Below are positions 37,217 to 48,544 of a stretch of 64,000 nt of DNA, in pieces; positions within the stretch are counted from its first letter, which is position 1; each line of letters begins with the position of its first letter. A program made the translations under genes and the position numbers. A model generated the notes under the pieces. It was not told where the DNA came from and made no database searches. It saw nothing but the letters and a program-made list of their open reading frames with translations. Source of the stretch: an uncultured Eubacteriales bacterium (GTDB lineage Bacteria > Acidobacteriota > Aminicenantia > Aminicenantales > Saccharicenantaceae); NCBI GenBank assembly GCA_964551995.1, contig CAZKFD010000004.1:45762-109761 (forward strand), given 5' to 3'.

Positions 37217-38509
37217 ATGGAGTGGGTCTATATCGAAGACATCGCCCGGTACGACGGCCGGGACGTAGAGGTGCGCGGCTGGGTATACAACAAGCGGTCT
37301 TCGGGCAAAGTCCGCTTCCTCCTCGTCCGGGACGGCACGGGGATCATTCAGTCGACGGCCTTCAGCGCCGAGAAGGCCCATCCCCTTTTCGAGAAATTCG
37401 ACGCTCTGACGCAGGAGTCCTCGGTCATCGTCCGCGGCCGCGTCCGGGAGGACAAGCGGGCCCCGGGGGGATATGAGATCGCGCTGTCGGACATCGAGAT
37501 CGTCCAGATCGCCCGGGATTATCCGATCACGCCCAAGGAGCACAGCACGCCGTTCCTCATGGAGCACCGCCACCTCTGGCTGCGCTCCTCACGGCAACAC
37601 GCGATCCTGCGCGTGCGGGCCGAGGTCGTCAAGGCCATCCGCGACTTCTTCGACGGTCGCGGCTTCCGGCTGATGGACACGCCGATCCTGACGCCGAGCG
37701 CGTGCGAGGGCACGACGACCCTCTTCGAAACCGCGTACTTCGACCAGAAGGCCTACCTCAGCCAGAGCGGCCAGTTGTACAACGAAGCCACGGCCATGGC
37801 CTTCGGCAAGGTCTATTGCTTCGGGCCGACCTTCCGGGCCGAGAAGTCCAAGACGCGGCGCCACCTGATCGAATTCTGGATGGTCGAGCCGGAAGTCGCT
37901 TTCGCGACGCTCGACGACATCATTGCCCTCGGCGAGGACCTCGTCCTCTTCATCCTGGAGCGCGTCCTCGCGAAGCGCAGGCCGGAACTCGAGACCCTCG
38001 AGCGGGATACGAAACCTCTCGAGAGCATCAAGAAACCCTTCCCCCGCTTGACCTACGACGAGGCCCTGCCCCTGCTCCGCGGGAAGGGCTCGACGATCGA
38101 ATGGGGCGGGGATTTCGGTGCCCCCGAGGAGACGATCATCTCCGAGATTTACGATTCCCCGGTCTGCGTCACGAACTTTCCCGCGGCCATCAAGGCCTTT
38201 TACATGCAGCCGGCCCCGGAAAGGCCCGAGGTCGTGCTGGGCGTGGATTTTCTCGCCTCTGAAGGCTACGGGGAAATCATCGGAGGCGGACAGCGCATCC
38301 ACGATCCGGCCCTCCTCGAGCAGCGGATCCGGGAGCAGGACCTGCCGCCGGAGGCCTATGCATGGTACCTGGATCTGCGGAAGTACGGCTCCGTCCCCCA
38401 CTCCGGATTCGGCATGGGGCTCGAACGGACGGTCTCCTGGCTCTGCAAGATCAAGCACATCCGCGAGACCATCCCCTTCCCCCGCCTTCTTTACCGGATC
38501 TACCCGTGA
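37217..38509 (+). CDS. asnS: Asparagine--tRNA ligase
   Basis: OB fold; [73 protein letters not shown]. Confidence 0.96.
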   Translation: MEWVYIEDIARYDGRDVEVRGWVYNKRSSGKVRFLLVRDGTGIIQSTAFSAEKAHPLFEKFDALTQESSVIVRGRVREDKRAPGGYEIALSDIEIVQIARDYPITPKEHSTPFLMEHRHLWLRSSRQHAILRVRAEVVKAIRDFFDGRGFRLMDTPILTPSACEGTTTLFETAYFDQKAYLSQSGQLYNEATAMAFGKVYCFGPTFRAEKSKTRRHLIEFWMVEPEVAFATLDDIIALGEDLVLFILERVLAKRRPELETLERDTKPLESIKKPFPRLTYDEALPLLRGKGSTIEWGGDFGAPEETIISEIYDSPVCVTNFPAAIKAFYMQPAPERPEVVLGVDFLASEGYGEIIGGGQRIHDPALLEQRIREQDLPPEAYAWYLDLRKYGSVPHSGFGMGLERTVSWLCKIKHIRETIPFPRLLYRIYP

Positions 38510-38549
38510 CCGATCGCACCTTCGGACGGAAGCAGCCGGCCTCATCTTC

Positions 38550-39869
38550 ATGAAGAACGTCGCTCTCATCAGTCTTGGCTGCGCGAAGAACCTCGTTGAC
38601 AGCGAGGTCATGCTGGGAGCCCTCAGGAAGGCGGGATACGCGTTCGTCGGCCGGGCCCGGGACGCGGACATCGTCATTGTCAACACCTGCGGGTTCATCC
38701 GGCCCGCCCGGGCCGAGGCCGAGAAAGTCCTCGCCGGCGCCCTCCGTCTCAAACGGCGGGATCCGCGCAAAACGGTCGTCGCCGCCGGTTGTTACGTGGA
38801 GCGCGACGAGGCGGCCCTCAAGCGACGGTTCCCTGAGGTCGACATCTGGACGGGGGTCCGGAGCTTCGACCGGATCGCCGACTTGCTGGCGGGACGTCCC
38901 GTGCCGCGCCCGGAGAGGACGTTTCTCTGCTCCGACGCGTCTCCGCGTGTGCTCTCGACACCCGCATCGTGGGCCTATGTCAAGGTGTCGGAGGGCTGCT
39001 CCCACCGGTGCGCGTTCTGCTGCGTCCCGCTGATCAAAGGGCCGTACGTCTCCCGCAGCCGGGCGTCGATCGTCCGCGAGGTCCGCGCCCTGGCCGCTCG
39101 CGGGATCAAGGAAGTCGATCTCGTCTCCCACGACACGACGTTCTACGGCCGGGACCGCGGCGGTCGGAACGGGCTGGCCGAGCTTCTCGAACGCCTCGTC
39201 CGCGTCGACGGGATCGAATGGATCCGTTTTCTCTATGGATATCCCGGAGAGATCACGGACGAGCTCCTCGACGTCATGAACGCGGACAAGGTCTGCCGTT
39301 ACCTGGACCTGCCCTTCCAGCATTGCGACCGGAAGCTTCTCAAGGCCATGAAACGCGCGACACCCGGAGACAAGGCCCTCGACATGCTAAAGAGAATCCG
39401 GGCCCGCGTCCCCGGTGCGGCCGTCCGGACGTCGCTCATCGTCGGCCTCCCCGGCGAAGGGCAGGCGGAGTTCGAGTCGCTCAAACGGTTCGTCGAGGAG
39501 GCGCGCTTCGACCACCTCGGCGTGTTCACATATTCGCCGGAAAGTGGCACCGGAGCGTCTTGCATGCCCGACACGGTCGGAGAGAGCGAGAAAGAGCGAC
39601 GCCGGGCGGAGATCATGGCCTTGCAGGCCGGGATTTCCACGGAAAAGAACCGATCCTATGTCGGCCGGAAACTCTATGTCCTCGTCGAGGGCCTGACCGG
39701 GGATTCCGGCCGGGCACTCGTCGGGCGGACGCGCTTCCAGGCGCCGGAGGTCGACGGGCGGGTGGTCGTGCGCTTCCCCGGCCGGCTCTTCCGGCTTCCC
39801 TCTCCGCTCGTCCGGGCGGAGATCTGCTCGGCCGGCACCTACGATCTCGGAGGGAGGCTTGTGCCGTGA
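38550..39869 (+). CDS. rimO: Ribosomal protein S12 methylthiotransferase
   Basis: SLGCAKNLVDSE, VNTCGFI, EGCSHRCAFC (radical SAM), APEVDG (TRAM). Confidence 0.93.
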   Translation: MKNVALISLGCAKNLVDSEVMLGALRKAGYAFVGRARDADIVIVNTCGFIRPARAEAEKVLAGALRLKRRDPRKTVVAAGCYVERDEAALKRRFPEVDIWTGVRSFDRIADLLAGRPVPRPERTFLCSDASPRVLSTPASWAYVKVSEGCSHRCAFCCVPLIKGPYVSRSRASIVREVRALAARGIKEVDLVSHDTTFYGRDRGGRNGLAELLERLVRVDGIEWIRFLYGYPGEITDELLDVMNADKVCRYLDLPFQHCDRKLLKAMKRATPGDKALDMLKRIRARVPGAAVRTSLIVGLPGEGQAEFESLKRFVEEARFDHLGVFTYSPESGTGASCMPDTVGESEKERRRAEIMALQAGISTEKNRSYVGRKLYVLVEGLTGDSGRALVGRTRFQAPEVDGRVVVRFPGRLFRLPSPLVRAEICSAGTYDLGGRLVP

Positions 39870-40315
39870 AGTGGGTCTACAGGGGCCTCTCGACATTTTT
39901 CGGACTGGGCTTCGTTCCCGTGGGTCCGGGGACTCTGTCGAGCGCGGCCGCCGTGCTTATCTACCGTCTGGCGCTCTACGGGCTTCCCTGGCCCTGGTAC
40001 ATGGTCATTTTCCTCGTCCTCGTCGCCCTGGGCACCGCCGCGTCCGGGGCGTACGCGGCTGAGCTCGGTCAAGCCGACCCTCAGCGGATCGTCATCGACG
40101 AGACAGCGGGCCAACTCCTGGCTCTCTTCCAGGTCCCCATCCGCTGGCTGCCCCTGACGCTCGCTTTTGTCTTTTTCCGTTTTTTTGATATCATCAAGCC
40201 CGGGCCGATCCGGAGCCTGGAGCGACTGCCCGGTGGCTGGGGGATCATGGCGGACGACCTCGGCGCGGGACTGGCCGCGGGCGCGCTGGTGCATGTCCTG
40301 CTCTTCTGGATATGA
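39866..40315 (+). CDS. pgpA: Phosphatidylglycerophosphatase A
   Basis: PGTLSS, DPQRIVIDE.AG, FRFFDIIKP.PI, GGWGIMADD. Confidence 0.92.
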   Translation: MKWVYRGLSTFFGLGFVPVGPGTLSSAAAVLIYRLALYGLPWPWYMVIFLVLVALGTAASGAYAAELGQADPQRIVIDETAGQLLALFQVPIRWLPLTLAFVFFRFFDIIKPGPIRSLERLPGGWGIMADDLGAGLAAGALVHVLLFWI

Positions 40316-40328
40316 GGTCTTATGAGCC

Positions 40329-41606
40329 ATGATAACCGAAATCATCGCCGTCGGCACGGAGCTTCTGACGCCGTTCTTCCAGGATACGAATTCGCTTTAC
40401 CTGACCGAACGCCTTGACAACCTCGGCATCGGCGTTTCGTTCAAGACGCTGGTCGGCGACGACGACCGCAACCTCGGTCGGGCCATCCGGACCGCGCTCG
40501 GACGATCGCGCCTCATCCTCGCGATGGGGGGCCTCGGACCGACCGAGGACGACCGAACGCGGGAGGCTTTTGCTCGCGCCCTCGGCCGGGCGCTCGTTTT
40601 CGAACCCAAGATCCTGGCGGCGATCCGGGAGCGCTTCAAACGTCGCGGTTTGCGCATGAGCGCCCCGAACCGGAAGCAGTGCTATGTCATCGACGGGTCC
40701 CAGATTCTCGAGAATCCCAACGGGACCGCTCCCGGCCTCTGGATCGAAACACGGCGCCACTTGATCGCGCTCCTGCCGGGGCCTCCGCACGAACTCCGCC
40801 CGATGTTCGATCATCACGTCGCGCCCCGGCTGTCCGCGTTCCGGAACGGGGTCACGCTGCGCCGGGTCCTCAAGCTGACAGGGATCGGAGAATCGGCGAT
40901 GGAGAGCCTGATCCGGGACCTCTATGGGAAAAGGCCGACAGAGGTCACCGTCACCACGCTGGCCAGCCCCGGCGACCTGGCTATTCATCTGGTCTATCGG
41001 GGGCGCGCCGACGCGTCCAGGGCCTCGGCCGTCCTGGACGGCGTAACTGCGAGGTTCGCGCGGCGTCTCGAGCCCTGGATCTATTCCCGGGAGGGCGAGA
41101 CCCTGGAGGCCGTCGTCGGGGGGCTCCTGAAGGCGCGCGGCCTGACGCTGGCCTGCGCCGAGTCGTGCACGGGAGGCTTTCTCGGCCACAGACTGACCAA
41201 CGTCCCCGGGAGTTCGGCCTATTTCCTGGAGTCGGCCGTCGTCTACGGCAACCGGGCCAAAATGCGGCGGCTGGGCGTTCCGGCAGCCTTGATCGCGAAG
41301 CACGGCGCTGTCAGCGCTCCCGTGGCCCGGGCCATGGCGGCCGGGATCATGAAAAACGCCGGCAGCGATTACGGCTTGGCCATAACCGGGATCGCCGGCC
41401 CCGGCGGCGGCACGGCCCGCAAACCCGTCGGCCTCGTCTTCGCCGCGTTGGCCAGGGCACGGGGGACGGCTGTCGAACGGAACATCTTTTGGGGGGGACG
41501 CGAAGGGGTCAAATTCCAGGCCTCCCAAAGGGCACTGGATATTTTGAGAAAAGACCTTATCAAAAGCGGCAAAAAAACCTACAATGAGCGACGAGGGTCC
41601 AGATGA
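40329..41606 (+). CDS. cinA: CinA (MocF-like domain + PncC NMN deamidase)
   Basis: IAVGTELL, DTNS, GGLGPTEDD, NPNGTAPG, LPGPP.E, AESCTGG, HGAVS, ITGIAGPGG. Confidence 0.93.
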   Translation: MITEIIAVGTELLTPFFQDTNSLYLTERLDNLGIGVSFKTLVGDDDRNLGRAIRTALGRSRLILAMGGLGPTEDDRTREAFARALGRALVFEPKILAAIRERFKRRGLRMSAPNRKQCYVIDGSQILENPNGTAPGLWIETRRHLIALLPGPPHELRPMFDHHVAPRLSAFRNGVTLRRVLKLTGIGESAMESLIRDLYGKRPTEVTVTTLASPGDLAIHLVYRGRADASRASAVLDGVTARFARRLEPWIYSREGETLEAVVGGLLKARGLTLACAESCTGGFLGHRLTNVPGSSAYFLESAVVYGNRAKMRRLGVPAALIAKHGAVSAPVARAMAAGIMKNAGSDYGLAITGIAGPGGGTARKPVGLVFAALARARGTAVERNIFWGGREGVKFQASQRALDILRKDLIKSGKKTYNERRGSR

Positions 41607-42157
41607 GAACTTTCGTTGCCATCGATCTCGAACCCGAACTCAAGAAGTCGCTCCAGGACCTCGTCCTAAAGCTCAAGAAGACGGGGGCGGACGTTCGCTG
41701 GGTCAATTTTCCGGGCATGCACCTGACGCTGAAATTCCTGGGAGAGATCGAGGGGGGCCGCGTGGCCGCAGTCGAGGCCGCCCTTAGAAAAGCCGCCTCT
41801 GGATTCTCCAAGTTCGCTCTCGCGCTGCGGGGAACGGGGACCTTCCCGGAAGGCAGGAATCCGCGGGTTCTGTGGGTCGGGATCAAGGATGAGCCCGGAC
41901 TTATGGCCCTGGCGGACGAGATCGAAAAGAGGCTGGAAGCGGAGGGCTTCCCGCGCGAGACAAGGCCCTTCCATCCTCACCTGACCATTGGCCGGGTCAA
42001 GAGCCCCTCCGGGATTCAGGCCGCCGTCCGGGAGCTCGAGAGATACCGGGAGACATCCTTCGGCGAAATGGCGGCCGAGAAGGTGGCCCTCTTCGAGAGC
42101 ATCCTGAATCCGCAGGGCGCCGAATACCGCGTGGTTTCGGAGTTCGGGCTGCGATGA
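41603..42157 (+). CDS. thpR: RNA 2',3'-cyclic phosphodiesterase (2H family)
   Basis: Two HxT motifs (HLTLKFLG, HPHLTIGR); typical position after cinA. Confidence 0.92.
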   Translation: MRTFVAIDLEPELKKSLQDLVLKLKKTGADVRWVNFPGMHLTLKFLGEIEGGRVAAVEAALRKAASGFSKFALALRGTGTFPEGRNPRVLWVGIKDEPGLMALADEIEKRLEAEGFPRETRPFHPHLTIGRVKSPSGIQAAVRELERYRETSFGEMAAEKVALFESILNPQGAEYRVVSEFGLR

Positions 42158-42744
42158 AGATCGTCCTGGCCCTCGCCTCCTACCTGCTTGGGTCTCTCCC
42201 GACGGGATACCTTCTCATGCGCATGACGGATCGGAGGGATATCCGCGAGCTGGGCAGCCAAAGCACCGGGGCGACGAACGTCCTCCGGGTCATGGGGCTG
42301 AGATTCGCTTTTCCCGTCCTGGTCGTGGACGTCCTCAAAGGCTTCGCGCCAGCCTTCCTGGCCATGCGCCTGTTCCGTTCCCCCGCTCTGGCCGTGCTCT
42401 GCGCCTTCCTGGCCACGGCCGGACACTGCTTCCCTTTCGCCATCGGCTTTCGGGGCGGGAAGGGAATGGCCACATCCATGGGCGCTTACGCCGCCCTGGC
42501 CTTCCGACCCTTCCTGGCGTGTCTGGCCGTTTTCGTCCTGGTCGTGGCCGTCAGCCGCTTCGTGTCTCTCGGCTCGATCCTGGGCTCGCTCGCGTTTCCG
42601 CCCTTCGTGCTGCTTACTCGCGGGCCCCGGGTGCTTTTCTTCGGCAGCCTAGCCATCGCCGCGCTCGTCGTTCTCAGGCATAAGGACAACATCGGGCGCC
42701 TCTGGGCTGGCACGGAGCGCCGGCTGGGAGCGAGAGCCTCATGA
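42154..42744 (+). CDS. plsY: Glycerol-3-phosphate acyltransferase
   Basis: YLLGSLP, DIRELGS.STGATNV.R, D.LKG, GHCFP...FRGGKG.AT, RHKDNI.RL. Confidence 0.94.
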   Translation: MKIVLALASYLLGSLPTGYLLMRMTDRRDIRELGSQSTGATNVLRVMGLRFAFPVLVVDVLKGFAPAFLAMRLFRSPALAVLCAFLATAGHCFPFAIGFRGGKGMATSMGAYAALAFRPFLACLAVFVLVVAVSRFVSLGSILGSLAFPPFVLLTRGPRVLFFGSLAIAALVVLRHKDNIGRLWAGTERRLGARAS

Positions 42745-43736
42745 GGGCTTCCGTCATCGGCGCGGGAAGCTGGGGCTCGGCCTTTGCCAGGTATCTCGGC
42801 CGGATCAAGATCCCGACGCAGCTCTGGGTCCGCGAGCCTGAGATTTTGCGGCAACTCGAAAAGAGCCGGGAAAACCGCATTTTCCTTCCCGGGTTCACCT
42901 TTCCGTCGCGGGTCCGGTTCTCGTCCGATCTGCGGGAGACCGCCCGTTCGGGGGACGTCCTCTTCATCGCCGTGCCGTCGCAATTCTGCCGGCGCGTGTA
43001 CTCGGAAATGGCCCCGTCGCTCCGCGACGAGCAGCTGGTCGTCAGCCTGACGAAAGGCATCGACCAGAGGTCTCTGAAGCGGATGAGCGAGGTCATGGAA
43101 GAGCTCTTCCGTCCGCACGCGCGTCCTCGTCTGGCCGTCCTCTCCGGACCGAGTTTCGCGCGGGACGTGGCCGCCGGGCACCCGACCGCTCTGGTGGCCG
43201 CCTCTGAAGACATCGAAACGGCCCGGACCTTGCAGCTGCTTCTCTCCAGCCAGACGATCAGGGTTTATCGGAGCCGTGACGTGATCGGCGTCGAGATCGC
43301 CGGCGCCCTGAAGAATGTCATCGCCATCGCCGCCGGCATCGTCGACGCCATGGATTTCGGCCTGAATTCGCGGGCCGCCCTCATCACCCGCGGCCTCGTG
43401 GAGATCACCGAGCTCGGCCTCACGCTCGGAGCGGCTAAGAAAACCTTCTCGGGGCTGGCCGGCATCGGCGACCTCGTCCTGACCTGTACGGGCGAGCTCT
43501 CCCGGAACCATTATGTCGGGTATCAATTGGGGAAGGGAAAAACCCTGAATGCCCTCGTGTCCCGGATGAAGATGGTGGCCGAGGGCGTCCACACGACAAT
43601 TTCGGCCAACCGGCTCTCCCGGATCCACCGGGTGGAGATGCCCATCACGTATCAGATCTATCAGGTTCTCTATCGGAACAAGCCTCCCCGCAAGGCTCTC
43701 GCGGAGCTCATGGCCCGGGAGCTGCGCGAGGAGTGA
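42741..43736 (+). CDS. gpsA: NAD(P)H-dependent glycerol-3-phosphate dehydrogenase
   Basis: GAGSWG, TKGI, LSGPSFA, GALKNVIAI, GIGDLVLTC...SRN, VAEG. Confidence 0.95.
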   Translation: MRASVIGAGSWGSAFARYLGRIKIPTQLWVREPEILRQLEKSRENRIFLPGFTFPSRVRFSSDLRETARSGDVLFIAVPSQFCRRVYSEMAPSLRDEQLVVSLTKGIDQRSLKRMSEVMEELFRPHARPRLAVLSGPSFARDVAAGHPTALVAASEDIETARTLQLLLSSQTIRVYRSRDVIGVEIAGALKNVIAIAAGIVDAMDFGLNSRAALITRGLVEITELGLTLGAAKKTFSGLAGIGDLVLTCTGELSRNHYVGYQLGKGKTLNALVSRMKMVAEGVHTTISANRLSRIHRVEMPITYQIYQVLYRNKPPRKALAELMARELREE

Positions 43737-43773
43737 ATACGAGGCCGGTCCGGCCGGCCGAAGGAGACGAGCC

Positions 43774-44544
43774 ATGCGAGTCAAGAACGTCCTCATCGTC
43801 CTTTTCTGCGCCAACTTCTTCTTCTGCGCCTCGGCGCAAGAAAAAGCCCTCAAGGAGCGCGCCAAGGACCCCAAATACCAGTACAACATGGGCGCGGCCT
43901 ATCTCGCGCAGGGGAACTTCGACGAAGCGATCAAGTTCTTCGTCAAGAGCCTTTCGCTCGACACCCAGTATTACCTGGCCTGGAACGGGATCGGTCTGGC
44001 CCAGTCGTTCAAGGGCAACATGCAGGAGTCGGCCAAGGCCTTCGAGAAATGCCTCGAAGTCAACCCCGGGTTCACGGAAGCCCACAACAATCTCGGGATG
44101 GTCTATCAGCAGCTGGGATTCTTGGACAAGGCGGAGGCGGAATTCCAGAAGGCCGTCTTGGACCTGACCTATCAGACCCGTGAGCTCCCCTACTATAACC
44201 TAGCCCGGCTGTACCTTCAGGAGAACCGTCTGGACCAGGCCTACGACAGCGTCCTGAAGGCCATCCAGGTCAAGCCGGGTCTGGCCATGGCCCGCAACCT
44301 GGAGGGGTCCATCCTCGAGCAGCAGGGCCAGCTTGATAACGCGGTGACCGCATACGAACAGGCGGTCAAGCTCGTCCCGGACGACGTGATGTTCAACTAC
44401 AATCTGGCCGTGGTGTATTTCAAGACGCACGCTTTCGCCAAGGCGAAGGACATTTTCAGCAAGATCTCCCCGCGTGTCACCGACGCGGGGCTGAGGAGAA
44501 GGATCGAAGAATACCTCAAGGCCATCGGCGGCCGGGGTAAATGA
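43774..44544 (+). CDS. Exported TPR-repeat protein (PilF/PilW-like)
   Basis: Signal peptide; about six TPRs (e.g. AHNNLG..Y, PYYNLA.LY). Confidence 0.8.
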   Translation: MRVKNVLIVLFCANFFFCASAQEKALKERAKDPKYQYNMGAAYLAQGNFDEAIKFFVKSLSLDTQYYLAWNGIGLAQSFKGNMQESAKAFEKCLEVNPGFTEAHNNLGMVYQQLGFLDKAEAEFQKAVLDLTYQTRELPYYNLARLYLQENRLDQAYDSVLKAIQVKPGLAMARNLEGSILEQQGQLDNAVTAYEQAVKLVPDDVMFNYNLAVVYFKTHAFAKAKDIFSKISPRVTDAGLRRRIEEYLKAIGGRGK

Positions 44545-44560
44545 TTCCCGGGAAATCCCG

Positions 44561-45817
44561 TCAGGTGCCTTCTTCCCACCCCGCGAGGTAGCTTTTCTGG
44601 GCGGGAGTTATGGTGTCGATGGGCGTCCCCATCGACTTCAGCTTGAGAGCCGCGATCCTCTCGTCGATCTCCCTGGGAACGGGATATACCGCTCTCTCGA
44701 GCTCGCGGCCCCGGCGGGCGATGTGCAAGACGCTCAGGGCCTGGTTGGCGAAGCTCATGTCCATGACCATGGCCGGGTGCCCCTCGGCCGCGGCGAGGTT
44801 GATCAGGCGTCCCTCCCCGAGGAGAAAGATGCGGCTCCCCTTCCGCAGCGAGTACTCGTCGACGAAATCGCGAACGCGCCGTTTGGACCGGGACAGGCTT
44901 TCCAGGGCGGGGATGTCGATTTCGACATTGAAATGGCCCGCGTTGGCCACGATCGCCCCGTCCTTCATCCGGAGAAAATGCTCGCGACGGATGACGGACT
45001 TGTTCCCCGTGACGGTCAGGAAGACGTCTCCGGCGCGCGCCGCCTCGGACATCGGCATGACCGCGAACCCGTCCATGACCGCCTCGATGGCCCGGATCGG
45101 ATTGACCTCGGTGACGATGACGTGGGCGCCCGCGCCGCGGGCCCGCATGGCGACCCCCTTGCCGCACATTCCGTATCCGGCGACGACGAAATTCAGGCCG
45201 GCGAGCAGGACGTTGGTCGCCCTCAGAATCCCGTCCAGGGTGCTCTGGCCGGTGCCGTAGCGGTTGTCGAAGAGGTGCTTGGTCTGGGCGTCGTTGACGG
45301 CGATGATCGGGTAGGCCAGGACGCCGGCCCGGGCCATGCTCTTGAGACGGATGACACCCGTCGTCGTCTCCTCGGTCCCGCCGAGAATCCCCCGCAGGAG
45401 GCCGCGGCGGCGCGAGTGGGTCGTGGAAACCAGGTCCGCCCCGTCGTCCATGGTGATGTGCGGGCCGTGCTCGAGGGCCTGGAGGATGTGTCGGTAATAG
45501 GTCTTCTGGTCTTCCCCTTTCTTGGCGAAAACGGGGATCCTGTGGTCCTTGACCAGCGCGGCCGTGATATCGTCCTGTGTACTGAGAGGATTAGAGGCGC
45601 AGAGCCGGACATCGGCGCCCCCGAGCTTCAGGGTCTCCATGAGGTTGGCGGTTTCGCTCGTCACGTGCAGGCAGGCCGAGATCCGGACGCGGCGCAGCGG
45701 CCGGTCCTTGGCGAAGGATTTCTTGATCATGCCGAGGACGGGCATGGTGCGCGCCGCCCACTCCATCCGCAGGCGGCCCATGCGGGCCAGGGTCAGGTCT
45801 TTCACGTCGTAGTCCAT
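44561..45817 (-). CDS. ahcY: Adenosylhomocysteinase
   Basis: [59 protein letters not shown]...GHP..MDMSF. Confidence 0.97.
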   Translation of the reverse strand: MDYDVKDLTLARMGRLRMEWAARTMPVLGMIKKSFAKDRPLRRVRISACLHVTSETANLMETLKLGGADVRLCASNPLSTQDDITAALVKDHRIPVFAKKGEDQKTYYRHILQALEHGPHITMDDGADLVSTTHSRRRGLLRGILGGTEETTTGVIRLKSMARAGVLAYPIIAVNDAQTKHLFDNRYGTGQSTLDGILRATNVLLAGLNFVVAGYGMCGKGVAMRARGAGAHVIVTEVNPIRAIEAVMDGFAVMPMSEAARAGDVFLTVTGNKSVIRREHFLRMKDGAIVANAGHFNVEIDIPALESLSRSKRRVRDFVDEYSLRKGSRIFLLGEGRLINLAAAEGHPAMVMDMSFANQALSVLHIARRGRELERAVYPVPREIDERIAALKLKSMGTPIDTITPAQKSYLAGWEEGT

Positions 45818-45881
45818 AGCTTCGACTCCCTATTCCGTTTGTCCGGCGGCCGGAGAACGCCGGGCTTGCCGGCGCCGCCGT

Positions 45882-47078
45882 TCAGCTGAGGCCGGCCTCC
45901 TTCTTGAGTCGGGCGGCCTTGTCGGTCCTTTCCCACGTGAATTCCGCTTCCGAGCGGCCGAAATGGCCGTATGCGGCCGTTTTTTGGTAGATCGGGCGCA
46001 GGAGGTCCAGATGCCCGATCATACCCTTGGGCGTCAGTGGAAAGTGCGCCCGGATGAGCTCCTTGATCAGGTCTTCGGAGACGCGCGCCGTCCCGAACGC
46101 ATTGACCGCTATCGAGACCGGCTCGGCGATTCCGATACAATAGGCGATTTGGATCTCGAGCCGGTCGGCGATCCCTGCGGCGACAAGGTTCTTTGCGACG
46201 TAACGTGCCATATACGAGCCGGACCGGTCGACCTTGGTCGGATCCTTCCCCGAAAAGCAGCCGCCCCCGTGACTGCCCACGCCGCCGTACGTGTCGACGA
46301 TGATCTTCCGCCCGGTGATGCCCGTGTCGGCGAACGGTCCTCCCTGCTCGAAGCGCCCCGTGCCGTTGATGAAAACGTTCTCCCACGTCTTCTTGTCCAG
46401 AAACTGGGACGGGATGACCGCGCGGATGACGGCTTCGCCGATGTCTCTGCGGAGATCGGCCATGCGGACCGCTCTGTTGTGCTGGGCGGCGATGACCACG
46501 GCCGCGACGCGGAGGGGCTTTTCCCCGTCGTACTCGACCGTCACCTGGGTCTTTCCGTCGGGCCGGAGATACGGGAGGCGCCGGCTCTTCCGGACGTCGG
46601 CCAAGCGCCGCGCCAACTTGTGGGCCAGCATGATCGGCAGGGGCATGAGCTCGGGCGTCTCCCGGCAGGCGAAGCCGAACATGATGCCCTGGTCCCCCGC
46701 CCCCTGCTCGTGATCGCGCCGCTCGTCCACGCCGAGAGCGATGTCGGAAGACTGCTCGTGGATCGATGAGAGGACACAGCAAGTCTTGTAGTCGAAGCCG
46801 TAATCGGCCTTCGTGTAGCCGATCTCGCGGACCTTGTTCCGGATGAGCTTCTGGAAATCGCAGTAGCCCCGCGTCGTGATCTCCCCGGCGACCAGGACCA
46901 AGCCGGTGGTCGTCAGGGTCTCGCAGGCCACTCGGCTGGCCGGGTCCTGGCGGATGAGATCGTCGAGGATGGCGTCGGAGATCTGGTCGCAGATCTTGTC
47001 CGGGTGCCCCTCGGTCACGGATTCGGAAGAAAACAGCCGTCTTCCGCCTCGGCTCATGGGCTTTTCTCCACGTGGCAT
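45882..47078 (-). CDS. metK: S-adenosylmethionine synthetase
   Basis: [57 protein letters not shown]. Start may instead be 47057. Confidence 0.97.
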   Translation of the reverse strand: MPRGEKPMSRGGRRLFSSESVTEGHPDKICDQISDAILDDLIRQDPASRVACETLTTTGLVLVAGEITTRGYCDFQKLIRNKVREIGYTKADYGFDYKTCCVLSSIHEQSSDIALGVDERRDHEQGAGDQGIMFGFACRETPELMPLPIMLAHKLARRLADVRKSRRLPYLRPDGKTQVTVEYDGEKPLRVAAVVIAAQHNRAVRMADLRRDIGEAVIRAVIPSQFLDKKTWENVFINGTGRFEQGGPFADTGITGRKIIVDTYGGVGSHGGGCFSGKDPTKVDRSGSYMARYVAKNLVAAGIADRLEIQIAYCIGIAEPVSIAVNAFGTARVSEDLIKELIRAHFPLTPKGMIGHLDLLRPIYQKTAAYGHFGRSEAEFTWERTDKAARLKKEAGLS

Positions 47079-47203
47079 ATCCCCTCCGAAAGGCCCAAAA
47101 ATAACACAAAAGGCCAGGGTTTTCAAACGGGAGACGGATTTGATATTCCTTTTTTGTTTATGCTATTGTTACTCTCCGTCCGGACCGCCGGCCCGAGATC
47201 AAT

Positions 47204-48544
47204 ATGAGAAAAGCCTTCGAGGGAGTTTTTGCCGCGGTCATCTTCGTGGGCGCCTTCACGGCGGCCATGGCCCCTCAGGCGGGCGTGCCGTCGGGATGGC
47301 GGTTCGAGGTCGAATCCTATACACTGAGAAATGGCCTGCGCGTCGTTCTCTCCCGGGACCCGTCGCTGCCCACCGTTTCGGTGGTCGTGGCCTACGGCGC
47401 CGGGTCGATCCGGGAACAGCCGGGCCAGGTCGGGCTGGCCTATCTCATGGAGAACATGATGTTCCAGGGCTCCGAGAACGTCAGCCCCCTGCAGCATATC
47501 AACTACATCCAGAAGATCGGGGGCGAGCTGAACGCCAACACCACCCTCGACAAGGCTCTCTTCTACGAGACTCTCCCCTCGAACCAGCTGGGCCTGGCTC
47601 TGTGGCTGGAATCCGACCGGATGAAATCACTCCTCCTCACTCCGGCCTCGGTCCAGAAAAGCCAGGAGGAGCTCTTCACCGAATATCAGAGCCGGCTGGC
47701 CGCGGAACCCTACCTCGAGAGCTATTCGGCCTTCGACACTCTGCTCTATCCGGATTTCCCATACGGCCATCCCTTGATCGACGGCTCCGAAGCCCTGGCC
47801 GGTCTTACGCCAGCGGCCGTCGAGGCTTTCCATGCACAATACTATGTCCCGAACAACGCCGTTCTGGCCATCGCCGGCAATATCCAGGCCGCGCGGGCAA
47901 AAGAGCTCGTGGCCAAGTACTTCGAATCGATCCCTCCGGGACCCGATGTGCCAGTCCCTCCCGTGCCGCACTTCGGCCAGCGTCAGGCGGTCGTGGAGAC
48001 GGTCAAGGCGGTCGCCGCGCCCTACGCGGGCTTCCACCTCGGCTATCGGTTCTATCCGCTCCAAACCAGAGACGCGTATTCCCTGAGGGTCATGGAGTAC
48101 GTGCTGGTTCGCGGCCAGACCTCCCGCCTCTACTCGCGGATCATGAGAAGGGACCTGACGGCCCAGTACATGACCGGGAGCTTGGAAGACCGCCACGGCG
48201 TTCTGGCGCTCAAAATTTTCGTCCTGGCCGTCAATGACGTCCTGGCGGAGCGCAGCCTGAAATCCCTGATCTCGGAGATCGAGAAGCTGAAAGTCAACCT
48301 TGTGTCGGAGGACGAGATCAAAAAGGCCAAGGATTTTTTCAAAATGGATTATTACGAGAGGATGTCGAACACTCTCGACCGCGCCCTGTACCTTGTCGAC
48401 GCGGCCTTCAGCGACGTCCCACTCGACGCCCTTTCGTCTGAGCTCGGAAAGTACATGCGGGTGACCCCTCAGAACCTCTACAGCCTGGCCAACCGCTTCT
48501 TCAATCCCCAAAACATGGTCATCCTGAACCTGGGGACGCGATGA
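47204..48544 (+). CDS. M16B (pitrilysin-like) peptidase subunit, exported, HXXEH motif degenerate
   Basis: L.NGLRV, Y.AGS..E..G..GLAYLMENMMFQGS, NANT, LESDRM, PYGHP, YYVPNNAVL.IAG. Confidence 0.85.
   Translation: MRKAFEGVFAAVIFVGAFTAAMAPQAGVPSGWRFEVESYTLRNGLRVVLSRDPSLPTVSVVVAYGAGSIREQPGQVGLAYLMENMMFQGSENVSPLQHINYIQKIGGELNANTTLDKALFYETLPSNQLGLALWLESDRMKSLLLTPASVQKSQEELFTEYQSRLAAEPYLESYSAFDTLLYPDFPYGHPLIDGSEALAGLTPAAVEAFHAQYYVPNNAVLAIAGNIQAARAKELVAKYFESIPPGPDVPVPPVPHFGQRQAVVETVKAVAAPYAGFHLGYRFYPLQTRDAYSLRVMEYVLVRGQTSRLYSRIMRRDLTAQYMTGSLEDRHGVLALKIFVLAVNDVLAERSLKSLISEIEKLKVNLVSEDEIKKAKDFFKMDYYERMSNTLDRALYLVDAAFSDVPLDALSSELGKYMRVTPQNLYSLANRFFNPQNMVILNLGTR

Noticed and set aside
44543-44557. Noc-binding-site-like palindrome GATTCCCGGGAAATC between the TPR gene and ahcY
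   Set aside because: A single imperfect copy in a convergent gap; more likely chance or a weak hairpin.
47079-47203. SAM riboswitch upstream of metK
   Set aside because: Only about 125 bp of AT-rich divergent promoter DNA, with no S-box stems.
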